A stretch of 64,000 nt of DNA from an uncultured virus (IMG/VR IMGVR_UViG_3300042691_022988) (IMGVR_UViG_3300042691_022988); one strand, 5' to 3'; shown: positions 21,701 through 31,776, numbered from the stretch's first letter. The notes: generated by a model from the letters alone, not told the origin. Translations and numbers: made by a program.

Positions 21701-22982
21701 CAAATATTCCCATAGTACCAATCGCATTTCCACCAACAACAGCAGCTCTTGCAACAAATGGTAGGTCAGACATTCTCGCTCCTTGTGGGAGTGGAGCGGC
21801 TAAATCTACATCTAAGACACTCTTAGCGCCGGAAATAGAATCGTAAAACTCATCGCTCCAATCGTAATCTTTATCACCCATCAAGTCTCCCATGACTTTT
21901 GGAAACTGATACATATTTAAGATGCCATCCATGGCAGCATCCCCTACCGCTGTAAAAAACGCTTTTGTCTTACCCTCCCCTGCCTGTATTTCTTCAAATG
22001 CCTTTCTCTTGTTTTCTTCACTTTGCATTTCCTGGCCGGCTATTTTACCATACTGCAAGTTGTTTTGATCATATGTAGCGGAAATACCTTTAAGTGAGTT
22101 TGAGATTTTCTCGTACTCCTTATACATATAATCTAACTTGCTTCGGTCAGATGGGGTGACGGCTGTTTTTTCAAGATTATCAATATTTGAACCTAGTAAC
22201 TGTAAACGCTCATAATTAGCGTCGTAAACTTTATTAATAGCTTCAGTTTCTACTTGTCTTAAAAAACTTTCATCAACAGCGGTCCTATCTTCTTTTGACT
22301 TAGCTTTTAGTACCTTGTACTTCTCATTAGTATAAGTGCCTTTTTCAGGGTCAATTTGCTGTAAGTAGTTTAGATAGTCAGCCGTAATGTCAGAAGCGTA
22401 CTCCTTGGATTCAAAATACGTAGGCATTTCGAACACTTCTTTTGATGCAACCTCTCTGTAAAAATCTTTATCAGCCTTTTGTTTGTTTTCTCTTTCGGCT
22501 ATTTTTTGAGGGGTAGCCATTGAAATGGATTCTCTTTTTCTCATTTCAACCGGGCTAACTGCTGGTTTTACAGCTGTTACATCTTGTGGCTCAGTTACAT
22601 CTACTTCAAAGTATTTCGATGGAACTGTTTTTTTCTTTTCCTGAACAGGCTCTTTATCTTGTTGTGAGGTCTTAAATGGAACCTGAGTAGATGAATTGAT
22701 TATTTTTTCAGTTACCTTCTGGCCAAAACTCGGCGCAGAAGGCTTTCCAGGCTGCTGAACAGGCTGTCCTGAGCCTTGCGTAGTACCCCCTTTTTTTTTT
22801 GAAGGATCAAAATACGCCGAATGAAACGCCGTGGCATCCAAATTGGTTAACTTGTTGTCAACCATAAATTTATGGATTTCAGCAGATTTCTTTGGGTCCG
22901 AATACGCTTTAACGAAAGAAGCCTCATCCATTTGGGTGAGGTTATTTTCTTTCATGAATTTATAAATTGGGTTACTGTCCAT
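15708..22982 (-). CDS. large polyvalent (probably ejected) protein: GNAT, zincin HExxH, glycosylase-like, ART-like and SAM-lyase-like domains
   Basis: LAVAPEFSRKGVAT; FHEGIH..EETVVE; GWY..GPKLGMFYANL..TLDRWW; FFHVS..YYT; IGLY..SYDL..GQESLFDL. Confidence 0.75.
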   Translation of the reverse strand: MDSNPIYKFMKENNLTQMDEASFVKAYSDPKKSAEIHKFMVDNKLTNLDATAFHSAYFDPSKKKGGTTQGSGQPVQQPGKPSAPSFGQKVTEKIINSSTQVPFKTSQQDKEPVQEKKKTVPSKYFEVDVTEPQDVTAVKPAVSPVEMRKRESISMATPQKIAERENKQKADKDFYREVASKEVFEMPTYFESKEYASDITADYLNYLQQIDPEKGTYTNEKYKVLKAKSKEDRTAVDESFLRQVETEAINKVYDANYERLQLLGSNIDNLEKTAVTPSDRSKLDYMYKEYEKISNSLKGISATYDQNNLQYGKIAGQEMQSEENKRKAFEEIQAGEGKTKAFFTAVGDAAMDGILNMYQFPKVMGDLMGDKDYDWSDEFYDSISGAKSVLDVDLAAPLPQGARMSDLPFVARAAVVGGNAIGTMGIFALGGATGGATKLGQRAATYATAFLTQESNYYQEALEGGMSPQDAAITGTYLAAQMALFETIMPDIGYLNAVGFKKGVVSGTMQAMKSGLPAKEAAKLAFKNAISALPENALTLGSNIVKSGGKEFFAEELPQNLAEDTAKEIINNRSQKTYFNDTFNVDNYVDAAIGSFIAAGSISGASSMFSKATPKSPVQEEVMRQIVENRDKFFAQGTDADRKVSPEGKKEVEDAGEILDAMKAHSGWNQMSKEEQDHAFALAQQADVMKKEQERMKELRIPDERKDAEIKRLEDEVNEMFSIQLEQEKQKAKDAKLKAIEDDFNKSMEGEEFPVQEDERDQEIVELQKQREEKGVSELDTFLSDMKPMVPFAVERTEQGLPVAQSVKQAASNYLYKKYKELTDMKSDPNRMMTRGQIASVQKQLEQDIRTLEGTAETKTEARDQENIQGIPSQVREGQEPIQAQPVEVPSAEAPEAGGVLQAQEEVTPTEKIKSNWNYEGEGDAFASNKESREGKSSYVTRILDTIGVGKSYNRAKQRGELDVESPLTYKGDKESISAIDGNGNKVGVIELQSDGGVQHLAVAPEFSRKGVATELIKQIEQKGAKVRFEKSKRISPDAAKLFNKLQSLKDQETAPEVTPEVTVEPVVKPSRRERLAKMFETSEGEIAAEKVASFLGEANIGVEVLDPKSFEEKGKQRNFEGSADGIFLVDNNTGKIYLNKERIKGAEGKTIAFHEGIHPVVNIIRNTNPKLYRAIVDGLKAEAVKNAGVAEAAEAVASSGYYQEQGPSAIEEETVVETMARVAAGDIDIDTFEPSFREKFIEFMNKLAKMLGLKPIAVNSPRMEVKRLADQLSKALNKGGKISDVVGKENVGEFQNKVGAQKRAVSIAKGKESLVKYGLKKGVNTTRKIGEALEKRSRELYGIISREDRSEKALKAISSFMADEVRFFVEAFGENSGKGWYGEKFQKGLDAMAAIFPEMKDDQNARDLFTMLVAITSDGTEVMQNFQQASLAYKNYKETGKMPTTAKAQRAESYMVNFRNIQDLLDKYNGDVQAIKKELLTIESISELNQQRKAQGLEKLDTKWPASFKVPLAASIFGPKLGMFYANLSGMEQYPTLDRWWSRTFNRYRGTLIPQITRGYNKKGEALGIDRYREIAGLKDASEEEVLARIVQDHDTYEDKGYKKGTPAEKAANTLYKKLYVELNDAPFGAKDRQFMYDAFIDTQKKLKRSGIDVTIADIQAILWYFEKNLYKKLGVTKPIQGISYEDAANKTYEKWKNSGNSFNYTIKDSEQGETIDEVDIDEETVPTVQPSKGIKRGNNLVKDTYYESGLTEDKNDYIFFHVSSAPEASIRKGIDSTKYTSLRTAREEKGLQYGVASYYTRPEDGERMVGGEKYAVRVPKAKVYPIDSDPLGYGEKAEAKIPQGTPFRGEAVKREIADMAKKNGYEMIVGEWSYSRTGKPAGELPEFRADALVPLKPTKEKPESFTSNAEKGMERIPFPSQQSEQAKQELESIASEVRDIMSSKKKFSSKEYQLADSVYMSGQVTENKYEDNEFKRDITPEEYDMMTKVLPKSMQADAARVRGLLFGKKGQASIGIPRGVKQFSDNVSGTVDRIKAATSEDGATLNLDGSTYEDGGLVVPAGSINVAQDDVSAEGLFEFLKDNEGNISSDIFKIGLYKFPDRPEVSYDLNIVIPREYRDVALKFGELAGQESLFDLDTFENIKTGSDGKNPRKFTAQELAEIAKDLSEGRLPKIVSKQGQPSMVKRNALDKRIDEAIDRKKYFVANDMGGVDVYTPENYIKVLQEFVDTGAISGKAAPYTQLTERQFPLEYINGISLLRLTDNDRSFVQDEIDYVKSKMAKGQPSMVKRTSAEVQRLMEDSMDSVDEAIADGVDAQTAVEDNITSQDWYSELTPKQKEQFDEIIKDEFGVTPKAPVAKPTGIKATIANIIDNYYKGDRESKAANTQILESDPKLKYIYRNIEEINKQLQNAGVITDKTDGCP

Positions 22983-24252
22983 TAAATCCTGTTGTTGGTA
23001 CTCCTATAAAATTATTTGTTGTGCCGGTGTTCTTATTTCTTTCTTTAAATTCCATCAGTGGGTCAAATCCATCTAAATACGATTTCAGTTTAGTCTTGTT
23101 TTGATTGTAGCTAACCCAAACCTCTATAGGGTTTCCGTTATCATCAGTAACATAATTGTTATCCTCATCTAGCTCATAACCCTGAACACTTACATCCCGA
23201 CCTCCTTTAGCTAGGTAAAATTTAACAGGTTTATATTTAGCTATGGTTCTAAAATTATTATTAGATCCACCATCAATACCCTCAATTGGATCTAATTCTT
23301 GATTGTTCTTGGTAATAGCCATGTCATTATAACCATGCTCAAAATAATCAGTACTTGCTGTTGGCTCAACAACTATAGATAAATCACCCCATTTGCTAGT
23401 TCCGTATTTAGGAGTAGTGTCTTTCCTTGGGGTTGTCGTGCCAGTTTTTGTAACCGGCTTAGGCTTACCGGGATTCATGTATTTAAACATGGATACAGCC
23501 TCTTCGTACAACTTATCATTGTCGTATTTATATCGGGGAATGAGGGCTTCGTAATCACCCATCCCCACCTGGTCTTTGAAGTATATACCCAAAAGGTTCT
23601 TGAATTTTTCAGGATCCTTTTTAATCATGGTTCTATTCCCCTCCTTGATCTCCTCTTCCTCCATCATCTCATCTATCTTCTCAACCACGTCAACTAAGTT
23701 TACGTTGTTTTTAAAGATACTATTTGATTGAGCGTATCGAAGTCTTTCCTCTGGAGTCATGTCGTCACGCATAAATTGCTTGGCCCATTCAGCTGCGTGT
23801 CCTTGGTCGTACTTAGCGGGGTTCTTGTCTACCTCGGTCTTATCTTTCTCCCAAATCTTTGCGTTTACTTTAGCTGCGTTTGTCTGTCTTTTGATTTCGC
23901 GAAGCATCTGGTCAACTTTAGTTTGCTCATCCGGCGGTAGATTTCGTGGGTCTATTTTGGGATTGAGCTTTAGCTTCTTCATGTACTCTTTGTACTCAGT
24001 TACTTTTTCCTGAATCTTAGGCAAATCAACATTCCAAACATCTGGATCTTCCATATTGAAGTCCTGCCACGCCTGCATCTTAGCTTGCTGATCTTTCTTT
24101 CTTTCACCCTCGTATAAACGAATATCCTGTAAACCTTGATTTACGATATTCAAGGTCTCTCCCAACCCCTCTGAATACGCCGCGCCACGGTTAGAACCTG
24201 GCATATCTCCTGCGGCCCCTGTATAAACTATTGCTGAGCTTGGTACTCCCAT
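22972..24252 (-). CDS. probable ejection (internal virion) protein
   Basis: lies between the small ejection protein and the giant protein, as in podoviruses. Confidence 0.55.
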   Translation of the reverse strand: MGVPSSAIVYTGAAGDMPGSNRGAAYSEGLGETLNIVNQGLQDIRLYEGERKKDQQAKMQAWQDFNMEDPDVWNVDLPKIQEKVTEYKEYMKKLKLNPKIDPRNLPPDEQTKVDQMLREIKRQTNAAKVNAKIWEKDKTEVDKNPAKYDQGHAAEWAKQFMRDDMTPEERLRYAQSNSIFKNNVNLVDVVEKIDEMMEEEEIKEGNRTMIKKDPEKFKNLLGIYFKDQVGMGDYEALIPRYKYDNDKLYEEAVSMFKYMNPGKPKPVTKTGTTTPRKDTTPKYGTSKWGDLSIVVEPTASTDYFEHGYNDMAITKNNQELDPIEGIDGGSNNNFRTIAKYKPVKFYLAKGGRDVSVQGYELDEDNNYVTDDNGNPIEVWVSYNQNKTKLKSYLDGFDPLMEFKERNKNTGTTNNFIGVPTTGFNGQ

Positions 24253-24257
24253 TTCGA

Positions 24258-24881
24258 TTATGTTAATGAGGGGGTTGAATAATCCCCAATATTGCTATAT
24301 CCTCCTGCCGCTGATCCAAATTGTCCACCAACTTGGGCCGCTTTTGCAAAGGCATCAAAAGTATTGTTTGACTCCTGATATCTTTTTTCGCGAAGAGCAG
24401 AAATTGCCGCTGAAGTTCTTAGGAAAGGATTTAATTGATTTTCCTGATACATAGTATCTCTATATCCAGCTATCTCTCTACCTGTTTGCTGCAAATTTTG
24501 TATTTTTTGCTGTTCTGCCTGAGCCTTAAAAAGGCCGGCTTGAGTAGCCAGATCCAATCCAGCAGCCATTTTCTGACCACCAAGACCTGTTGCTACTGAT
24601 AACAAATCTTGTGAACTTGTAGCAGCCCTACTTGCACCGCCGAGAGCCGTCCCGTAAGACAAATCTAATCCAGATTGGGCCGCGCTCATACCAGGCATAT
24701 CTGTTCTTTGCCCCAATTGCCTGTTGTATACATCCATTAGCTCCTGGGGAAGCTCATACTTTGGCTCTCTAAGACCCTCTTGAAGTTTTTTAATTTCTTT
24801 TTTAGCTCGGTTAGCGCGAATGGCGCTTTGAACGCCCTTCCCGACAGCTATACCACCTGCTACTGCTAATATTACCGGCAT
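24258..24881 (-). CDS. small ejection protein (P22 gp7/T7 gp14-like position)
   Basis: G/A/Q-rich with hydrophobic N-terminus; gene order. Confidence 0.6.
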   Translation of the reverse strand: MPVILAVAGGIAVGKGVQSAIRANRAKKEIKKLQEGLREPKYELPQELMDVYNRQLGQRTDMPGMSAAQSGLDLSYGTALGGASRAATSSQDLLSVATGLGGQKMAAGLDLATQAGLFKAQAEQQKIQNLQQTGREIAGYRDTMYQENQLNPFLRTSAAISALREKRYQESNNTFDAFAKAAQVGGQFGSAAGGYSNIGDYSTPSLT

Positions 24882-25315
24882 GACTTATATCTTAGTTTAA
24901 CAACATTCTCTATATCACAATCCTCTCTTTCCATCCCGCATTTCTCAAACCACCTTATCGCTCTCTCGTTTCTTTCCCACATATAGGTTACGAAATCATC
25001 CTTCATCCATTTTTTAATATCATTAAACAACGACATCAAAAAATCTTTTGTCCTGTACTTCTTATTAACGCCAAAACTAACAAGTACGTCTCCAAAGTAG
25101 TAAACAAAACCAACTTCCATTTCTCCGTGTTTCAAAACCTCAAATACCCCTTCTACCAAATCTTCATATACCAGCAGCTTCTCGTATGCATCATCGCTTA
25201 CTCCTTCCGGCGTAGGCTTATCATTACTAGGGTCACAATAATTTTTTATATCATCATCCCCATCAAAAGCCGCACAAATAGCGCTATAGGATATCTTGGT
25301 ATCCATTAACGGCAA
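24872..25315 (-). CDS. GNAT-fold tail-associated protein
   Basis: SFGVNKKYR and NERAIRWFEKCGM GNAT motifs; follows the tail stabilisation gene. Confidence 0.7.
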   Translation of the reverse strand: MPLMDTKISYSAICAAFDGDDDIKNYCDPSNDKPTPEGVSDDAYEKLLVYEDLVEGVFEVLKHGEMEVGFVYYFGDVLVSFGVNKKYRTKDFLMSLFNDIKKWMKDDFVTYMWERNERAIRWFEKCGMEREDCDIENVVKLRYKSCR

Positions 25316-25317
25316 AT

Positions 25318-28300
25318 TTATGATAAAACACCCTTAATTCCAACTGATACAAGTATTGAACTAGTATTATTGATTGAAGGATCGTATTCGAGGGTATGAG
25401 TCAAAGCATTTGCCCTAATGTCTTGACCATTGCATAGCGCTATCTCACTTAAATACCAATTCCCAAGATCGCCATTAGTGCTAGGCTCTTGATCTTGTAA
25501 AGTGATTAAAGTCCAGTCGTTTACAACATCATATACAGCTGAAGTCACTAATCCCGTAAAAATGTTTCCGTCAATTTGAATAATGGTGACCAACTCATTT
25601 AACAACAATGATTGATCAAAATCAAATATCCATCCGTTAACTGGCTGAGCTGGTGGTAGATAAAAAGATGATGATATGTTGTTGTTGTTAAAGAATTTAG
25701 GATCATATAAGTTTTTTCTATAATTCACCTTACCATATCCTTCATAAGTGCTAATCAAATTTGCTGGCATAGTTGTTTTCATACCAAGCGGGTAACTTCT
25801 GTTCGGTTCAGATTTAGCCTCAACAGAAAATAAATCATCAGACACTAACGTGATATCTTGGTAACGCTTCAACATTAACGGATTGTCATTAGACACGAAA
25901 GAAACCTTCTGAACAAACGATTGGCCGTGAAAGTTCCATTGATTAGGCTGATTATGGAGATACAATTGATTATCAATACCCCATCCGACTAGAGTCTGGC
26001 CAAGATTGCAGTATTGCTGAAAATTGTAATCATAAGTTGATCTCCACCTCATGTTTACATAGTCAAACACAACATGATCGTAAGACAATCCGCTCGTGGT
26101 ATAATAATATCCAGGTTGTAAATAGTCAATTACGTCTGGCTCAACCCCGTCGAGCGCTATAATAGTACTATTTGACAGCGGTTGATATTCAACAAAATTT
26201 ACTGTTCCAGAATAAACATTGCCGCTCTCAACAAAATAAATAACCATGTCATACCCATACAGGTATTCAAAGTTACCCCCAAACAATATAAAACCTTCAA
26301 TCAACTGTCCAACCGCAGGATTAAATATTCCTTGAGCCTCTCCAGTGTATGGCACATCAAACCTAAAAGCAAAACCAACCTCACCAACAGATTCGTTTAC
26401 GTATGTCCGAACCATTGGAGCTGGGCTTGCGTTGTATGCTGCTGCTAGGGCCTTTGTCTTTGTTCTAAATTTGTAATCCGCCTTTGTGTCCGGGTCTATT
26501 TCACTTACTTGTATCTGACCATTAGCGCCAGAATAAACAAATACCCCAGCATTGTTGTCAAAATACATTGTTGCACCATTTGGAAGGATTGCGGTAGCCC
26601 CTGGATTCACGCATCCCAAAAGACTCTTGTAGTCAAACCAAGAAGCAAAAGTTCTATTGGATACACGAACTGTTGAATCGGATCCAACTTCATTTGGATA
26701 GTATTGAATGTAAATTGAATTTTCTTTTTTGGGCTGAAGACATTTCAATGTTTTACCTTCCCGACCCGACATATAAGCTCTAACAACGGGTCCAAATATC
26801 GGATTCATGTCTTCAATGTTTTGATTATCCAAAGCAAATGAAGACAAGCCGTTTATCTGTGTACCTACAATAAACGAATCAGAATGAATAGCAGTAGCTT
26901 GACGATGAGTCATTTTAGCATTAGTATCCTCAATTCTTATTCTACCAGTATTGTGTATATTACTAAGCCAATAGTCAGAATAATGCGGATCTTCCATAAA
27001 ATAATAAGCCTGCTCATTACTCGCACCAAGCCCAGTATTCCAATTTCTTTTCCTTACATAAACATCACCATAGTTTATTTGGAATGTTGCTGGAGTAAGA
27101 GAAACTAAAGCAGAGACATTTTGCTGTTCATTTGTTTGACCTGGCGCAGCAAATGGATCGGTATCTAATGTTACATAAGCCATATTTACATTGGATGCAA
27201 TTCCAAGCGTAATCCTCGTTATGTTTAAATCTTGATCATAAAAAGTAGATGTAATACTAGTCCCAACAGACGATGTGGTTCCGTCAAGATTGTATATAGT
27301 TATATCATAGGTGTTTCCGTTTAGAAATGAATAGTCACCTCCGATGTAATAAAAAGGAGCCGCCACGTAAAGATAATACAATGGTGGCGCTCCATGAGAT
27401 CTGTTTTCTGTATGTGGATCTATGATGTCTATTGATGAAGTTACATCATTCCATGTTGATAGAAATATATTCCCAGTATCGTCTACAGAAGGACGAGGTG
27501 TATAAATCTCGACCATTGAACCAAATACAAAACCACTAGTAGATGGGGGATCAGGCTCTACAAGACTAATATCAAATAGATTAGTGTAGACTGCAACTCT
27601 TCCATCTGTTCCGCTAGTGTCAACATCTACAATATCGATTTCTAAATAAGGAAGATAAACAGCACCAGTTCCAAAAAGTCCCTGTCTAACAAACCTCAAC
27701 TTATCACCAACTCTAATTTCATGTTTTATCGTAGCCCCAAGATTTTTATTCTCATAATAATTATCAATATATATTATGTATCTATTATTGGTTACGCTAT
27801 CTAGTTTTATTGATTGAACATATCCGGCTCCTGATCCGTCTTGTTTGTTGTTAGATATATATTGACCAAAACTCAATATTTCTGTAGCGGGTTTAGCTAC
27901 AATCCAATATTTTGTAGCCCAAACAGGAGGGATGTGGTCAATAGTAATTCTTGGAGTAACTGTGTATGGATTTCTATCGTCAGCAAAACTTGCTCTTGCT
28001 GGTTCATCATAGAACCAAGGAACAAAAAGATTCAATGAATCAATAGTATAAACAGTACTATCTCTATAAGCTCTGTCGCCATAAACAATTCCAAATTCGT
28101 GTGTTGCTCCCGTTTTTAAACTAGGAACAGCGTCCGTAGACCTATCCCAAATGCCCTCGTCATTATTTCCAACCCACCCACTTGGACCGGGACCACCACT
28201 ATCTGGAGCCTCATATTGCATACCAGCTAAGCCAAGTGGTGTAACAGTACCCCCTGTAGTATATATAGTTGGCGCAAGTTGAGTTGATAAAGAATCGCCT

Positions 28301-29676
28301 ATTAAGGTTAATATATATGCATTTTGATCAAATGTAGTTGGTTGAAGCAAAGCAGTATCAATATCGTTTTGAGATATAGTATAGTATAAAAATATATTTC
28401 TATACTGAACAGGGGAAAGCACATTTGGGCTGGTAATGTATACAATCATTCCCGCCTCAAAAACAAAAACATTATTTACATCTATACTTGGCGTGTTAAA
28501 GCTATTAAAATTAACAATGAATGTGCCTAATCCACCAACCAATATATTGGTCGATTGATAAAGCGCCCATGGCCTCCATACTAATTCTTCCACAGAATAA
28601 GTCATTGTTGCATCAACAAGAAATGGGGCTTCAGTCGGCTTATCATAGCCCTCTCTAAAATTAACATATGTCAACTGATTTGTTGGGAGATATTCTTGAC
28701 AATCTGCCACAATAGGTAATCGATCATAATTTTTTGCAAAATCTATAGCTGGTGATGTAGCTACGTCTCCATAGTAATTAATTTCATAAGGAACACCATC
28801 AGCTATATTATCTAAATTTTTATCAAGCTGTAAAAAAACTCCGTATGGAGGAATTGCTCCAATTAATTCTCTATCATATTGCTGAATAGCTATATTAAAC
28901 TTCCTTATTATGCTTGGGCCAGTATTGAATTGTATCCTTATCCCATTGTCATTATTTAAGAAAACCCAATTTGTTCCGGATACTAATTCAGATTTATAAG
29001 GCAGACTTAATTCTGAATACATAGACCAAACACCCTGTTCACCATTTTCATAAACAGGTTGAATAATAAACCTAAAAAGTTTATTTCTGAGTTTATTGTC
29101 ATTCCTTGTAGGATCAGTAAAATATGACACTACTAGAGGGTCCATTGGCCATTTTACCGCGTCTATTGTTTGAAGATCAAATATTGGGTAATCACCATCA
29201 AGAGCTTTCCTGAGATTGATTTGGTATGGGGGATTAAAGAGTCTAGTTCCATCATCCTCATACATCAATGGATCCCATCGCCCATCAGTCCACTTCAGAA
29301 TATCATCAATTACATTGGCATGAAATATCGGCCAATCACGGCTAAAATTAAGCTCAGCACTTTGTACCGCAACGGTGTGAGTTTGATTAGTGATATCATA
29401 AACCCATATCTCATGAATGCCATTTGCTTTAAAGACAAAATAAACAATTGAGTTTTCTTTCTGCCAAGAAGCAGCACCAATTATTTGGTCTTGAATTTCT
29501 ATAAGTGGATTTGGAATAACCAGTGTGCCATTAGATGTCTCAACTGCGTAAGCATTCCCAGAGTTATACCCCAAACGACAATATGAAAAATCTCGGTAAT
29601 CGCCCTTGGGCATACTCTGCGGAGTATCGTCAGTGTTTATGCCGCCTTCAAAAGTTATGATGTCTTCAAATTGCAT
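25318..29676 (-). CDS. tail stabilisation/nozzle protein (crAss-like, P22 gp10-like)
   Basis: N-terminal TFEGGINTDDTP..MPKGDYRD; WTDG and NQLTYVNFREGYD motifs; size and position. Confidence 0.8.
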   Translation of the reverse strand: MQFEDIITFEGGINTDDTPQSMPKGDYRDFSYCRLGYNSGNAYAVETSNGTLVIPNPLIEIQDQIIGAASWQKENSIVYFVFKANGIHEIWVYDITNQTHTVAVQSAELNFSRDWPIFHANVIDDILKWTDGRWDPLMYEDDGTRLFNPPYQINLRKALDGDYPIFDLQTIDAVKWPMDPLVVSYFTDPTRNDNKLRNKLFRFIIQPVYENGEQGVWSMYSELSLPYKSELVSGTNWVFLNNDNGIRIQFNTGPSIIRKFNIAIQQYDRELIGAIPPYGVFLQLDKNLDNIADGVPYEINYYGDVATSPAIDFAKNYDRLPIVADCQEYLPTNQLTYVNFREGYDKPTEAPFLVDATMTYSVEELVWRPWALYQSTNILVGGLGTFIVNFNSFNTPSIDVNNVFVFEAGMIVYITSPNVLSPVQYRNIFLYYTISQNDIDTALLQPTTFDQNAYILTLIGDSLSTQLAPTIYTTGGTVTPLGLAGMQYEAPDSGGPGPSGWVGNNDEGIWDRSTDAVPSLKTGATHEFGIVYGDRAYRDSTVYTIDSLNLFVPWFYDEPARASFADDRNPYTVTPRITIDHIPPVWATKYWIVAKPATEILSFGQYISNNKQDGSGAGYVQSIKLDSVTNNRYIIYIDNYYENKNLGATIKHEIRVGDKLRFVRQGLFGTGAVYLPYLEIDIVDVDTSGTDGRVAVYTNLFDISLVEPDPPSTSGFVFGSMVEIYTPRPSVDDTGNIFLSTWNDVTSSIDIIDPHTENRSHGAPPLYYLYVAAPFYYIGGDYSFLNGNTYDITIYNLDGTTSSVGTSITSTFYDQDLNITRITLGIASNVNMAYVTLDTDPFAAPGQTNEQQNVSALVSLTPATFQINYGDVYVRKRNWNTGLGASNEQAYYFMEDPHYSDYWLSNIHNTGRIRIEDTNAKMTHRQATAIHSDSFIVGTQINGLSSFALDNQNIEDMNPIFGPVVRAYMSGREGKTLKCLQPKKENSIYIQYYPNEVGSDSTVRVSNRTFASWFDYKSLLGCVNPGATAILPNGATMYFDNNAGVFVYSGANGQIQVSEIDPDTKADYKFRTKTKALAAAYNASPAPMVRTYVNESVGEVGFAFRFDVPYTGEAQGIFNPAVGQLIEGFILFGGNFEYLYGYDMVIYFVESGNVYSGTVNFVEYQPLSNSTIIALDGVEPDVIDYLQPGYYYTTSGLSYDHVVFDYVNMRWRSTYDYNFQQYCNLGQTLVGWGIDNQLYLHNQPNQWNFHGQSFVQKVSFVSNDNPLMLKRYQDITLVSDDLFSVEAKSEPNRSYPLGMKTTMPANLISTYEGYGKVNYRKNLYDPKFFNNNNISSSFYLPPAQPVNGWIFDFDQSLLLNELVTIIQIDGNIFTGLVTSAVYDVVNDWTLITLQDQEPSTNGDLGNWYLSEIALCNGQDIRANALTHTLEYDPSINNTSSILVSVGIKGVLS

Positions 29677-30407
29677 TATCCTAAGTTAAATTCTGAACTC
29701 TGTGCCAACGCATCAATCATTTCGGTAAGTCGCGGCGCCTTGACAAGCAAGTTAGCGCTCCATTGAGCGGCCTCGTACTGAATCTGTAATTCCTTGTACT
29801 TAGCCTTATCCTCGCTATTTCCTTTGTGGAAACAGTATTCACTCATCAAATACAAACGGAAAGGTTCAGCATACGCTGTATCAATCAATGTATTCTCATC
29901 CACTGATGAACCGTTTGAAAAATACTCTATAATCAACTGACCATCAGGTATGTTGTGGCTAAAAATGATATTGTTACCATCTACACGATAGTAGTTCTCG
30001 TTTCTTCCACCACCCACTGTATAATTTGGATAACTATAAAAATATCCAAAATAACCAGTTGGAAAATACCCATCAAGTACGACATCGTCGTTTTGGTCGC
30101 TCTCACATTGGAAGAATTCCTCTGGATAAGTCAACGAAGTATCTGGAGTCAATGTCCAAATACGACGACCTGACTTTAGTCCAATTTTAGATATCCTCAT
30201 ACAGTCTCCGGGCATAGTGAATACCCGTGCGCCTGTATCAATCTTAGCGTAGATAGTTTTTAGCGATACATTTCCATCCAATGGAGACTTCTCACTTAAA
30301 TAATCAATAGCCACTTGCGTCATCCACGTTAGCTCACGACCAACAGGATTCTTCCCCAGACGATATAGGGCTGAAGTAGCAATATATTTTATGTTCTTGA
30401 TTGTCAT
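29676..30407 (-). CDS. tail ring/adaptor protein
   Basis: FTMPGDCMRISKIG and LIIEYFS motifs; position. Confidence 0.65.
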   Translation of the reverse strand: MTIKNIKYIATSALYRLGKNPVGRELTWMTQVAIDYLSEKSPLDGNVSLKTIYAKIDTGARVFTMPGDCMRISKIGLKSGRRIWTLTPDTSLTYPEEFFQCESDQNDDVVLDGYFPTGYFGYFYSYPNYTVGGGRNENYYRVDGNNIIFSHNIPDGQLIIEYFSNGSSVDENTLIDTAYAEPFRLYLMSEYCFHKGNSEDKAKYKELQIQYEAAQWSANLLVKAPRLTEMIDALAQSSEFNLG

Positions 30408-31024
30408 CCGTTACTATATAATCTTGAAGTATCTCTTGCAAGTGCTTGAATATCAATTCCATCATTGTTCAAATCATCTTGGAATTGTTGTGACATTAAC
30501 ACCTGTAAACACATTTGAAATAACATCATCTCACCCTTTCCCGTTTCATCACTTGGAATAATCAAAACATCATCATCCTCCATTTGGTACACATTTGGAA
30601 CCATGGTAACGGTAACACTCCCCTCTGGTTTCTTGTTAAATCGCAACTTATCCTTAAAAAGGATTGCCGCCGACTTATTGCCGCCACGCAGAATATTAAT
30701 TGCAGTAGCCTCTGCTTTGGTCTGAACAATGTAACCATTGTCTCCAGTAGACTGGTCCTCTACACTAAATATCGCCATGGACCCAGCGATTGGCTGTGGG
30801 TTCAGCGTTACATAATAACCATTGGCATCAGTAGCAGGAACATAAGTATACGGAACGGCCATATCGCTTGCCTCATAGGGATTACGAGAAACAATATCAG
30901 CAAGAGCTAAGTTTAATACTCGCGATATAATTGAACGTGGATACAACCGACGCAAATCTTCTGGGGTGTCTCCACCAGTCAATCTGTGTTGTATTAGTTC
31001 TATGGCTTGACGCTTGGTTATCAT
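30404..31024 (-). CDS. tail ring/adaptor protein
   Basis: position among ring genes; DDLNNDG C-terminus. Confidence 0.6.
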   Translation of the reverse strand: MITKRQAIELIQHRLTGGDTPEDLRRLYPRSIISRVLNLALADIVSRNPYEASDMAVPYTYVPATDANGYYVTLNPQPIAGSMAIFSVEDQSTGDNGYIVQTKAEATAINILRGGNKSAAILFKDKLRFNKKPEGSVTVTMVPNVYQMEDDDVLIIPSDETGKGEMMLFQMCLQVLMSQQFQDDLNNDGIDIQALARDTSRLYSNG

Positions 31025-31776
31025 ACTTTACTTGGCATTTGAGTGTTGATGTTCCATTGGTTTTCATTACCAATTCCAATGTAGGTCTTGATCATATCTG
31101 TCAAGTGGTCTACACAGCTTTCTGGATACTCAAACTCAACACTCAAGCTAGGAGAATTCAGAGGCTGTACACTATTATTGGTATGAAATGTACCCGGTGG
31201 TAAATATACGGGAATTCCATTAATAATGTCATAGTCAAATACAGGTTGAATTGGCTCTCGTATGTAAGTAAAGGTTATCCGTGGCATATACGGATAAATA
31301 AAATATCGATCGTTTCGTGTTACTAAAATTGGGTCATTCTCCTCGGGGTTGTCTACTGGGCTTGTAATCGAGTTACGCATCTTAGCATCAAACTCGTGCT
31401 GACTAACAAACTCAATACTTCTGTAGTTTGTATCATAAGAGCAATTATTGTTTAGCTGCTCAAGGAAACTTGCAGTTGCTTGATACCAAATATCGGCAGG
31501 AATATCAGCATATCCGCCGCGTTCTGGGCGCCCCTGTAATACGGGAGTGAATGATAAAGCTGGATATTGGGGAGAACCTAATGTCTTAATAAATGTCTGA
31601 AGATCGCTTGTAATTTCTCGGTTTTTTTCAAAATTATCAACGAGGGTATTAAGATATCGCTGGTTAACAATCTTGATAGCCCGATTGAAATCGTCGGGCG
31701 TGATGTAGCCGCCCCTCAGATCTTTTCCGGCTCTGAAGAGAAGCTCATCATATATTTCTCCAAGATTAGTATTCAT
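31021..31776 (-). CDS. tail ring/gatekeeper protein
   Basis: GGYITPDDFN, TYIREP, FEYPES motifs typical of crAss-like ring proteins. Confidence 0.7.
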   Translation of the reverse strand: MNTNLGEIYDELLFRAGKDLRGGYITPDDFNRAIKIVNQRYLNTLVDNFEKNREITSDLQTFIKTLGSPQYPALSFTPVLQGRPERGGYADIPADIWYQATASFLEQLNNNCSYDTNYRSIEFVSQHEFDAKMRNSITSPVDNPEENDPILVTRNDRYFIYPYMPRITFTYIREPIQPVFDYDIINGIPVYLPPGTFHTNNSVQPLNSPSLSVEFEYPESCVDHLTDMIKTYIGIGNENQWNINTQMPSKV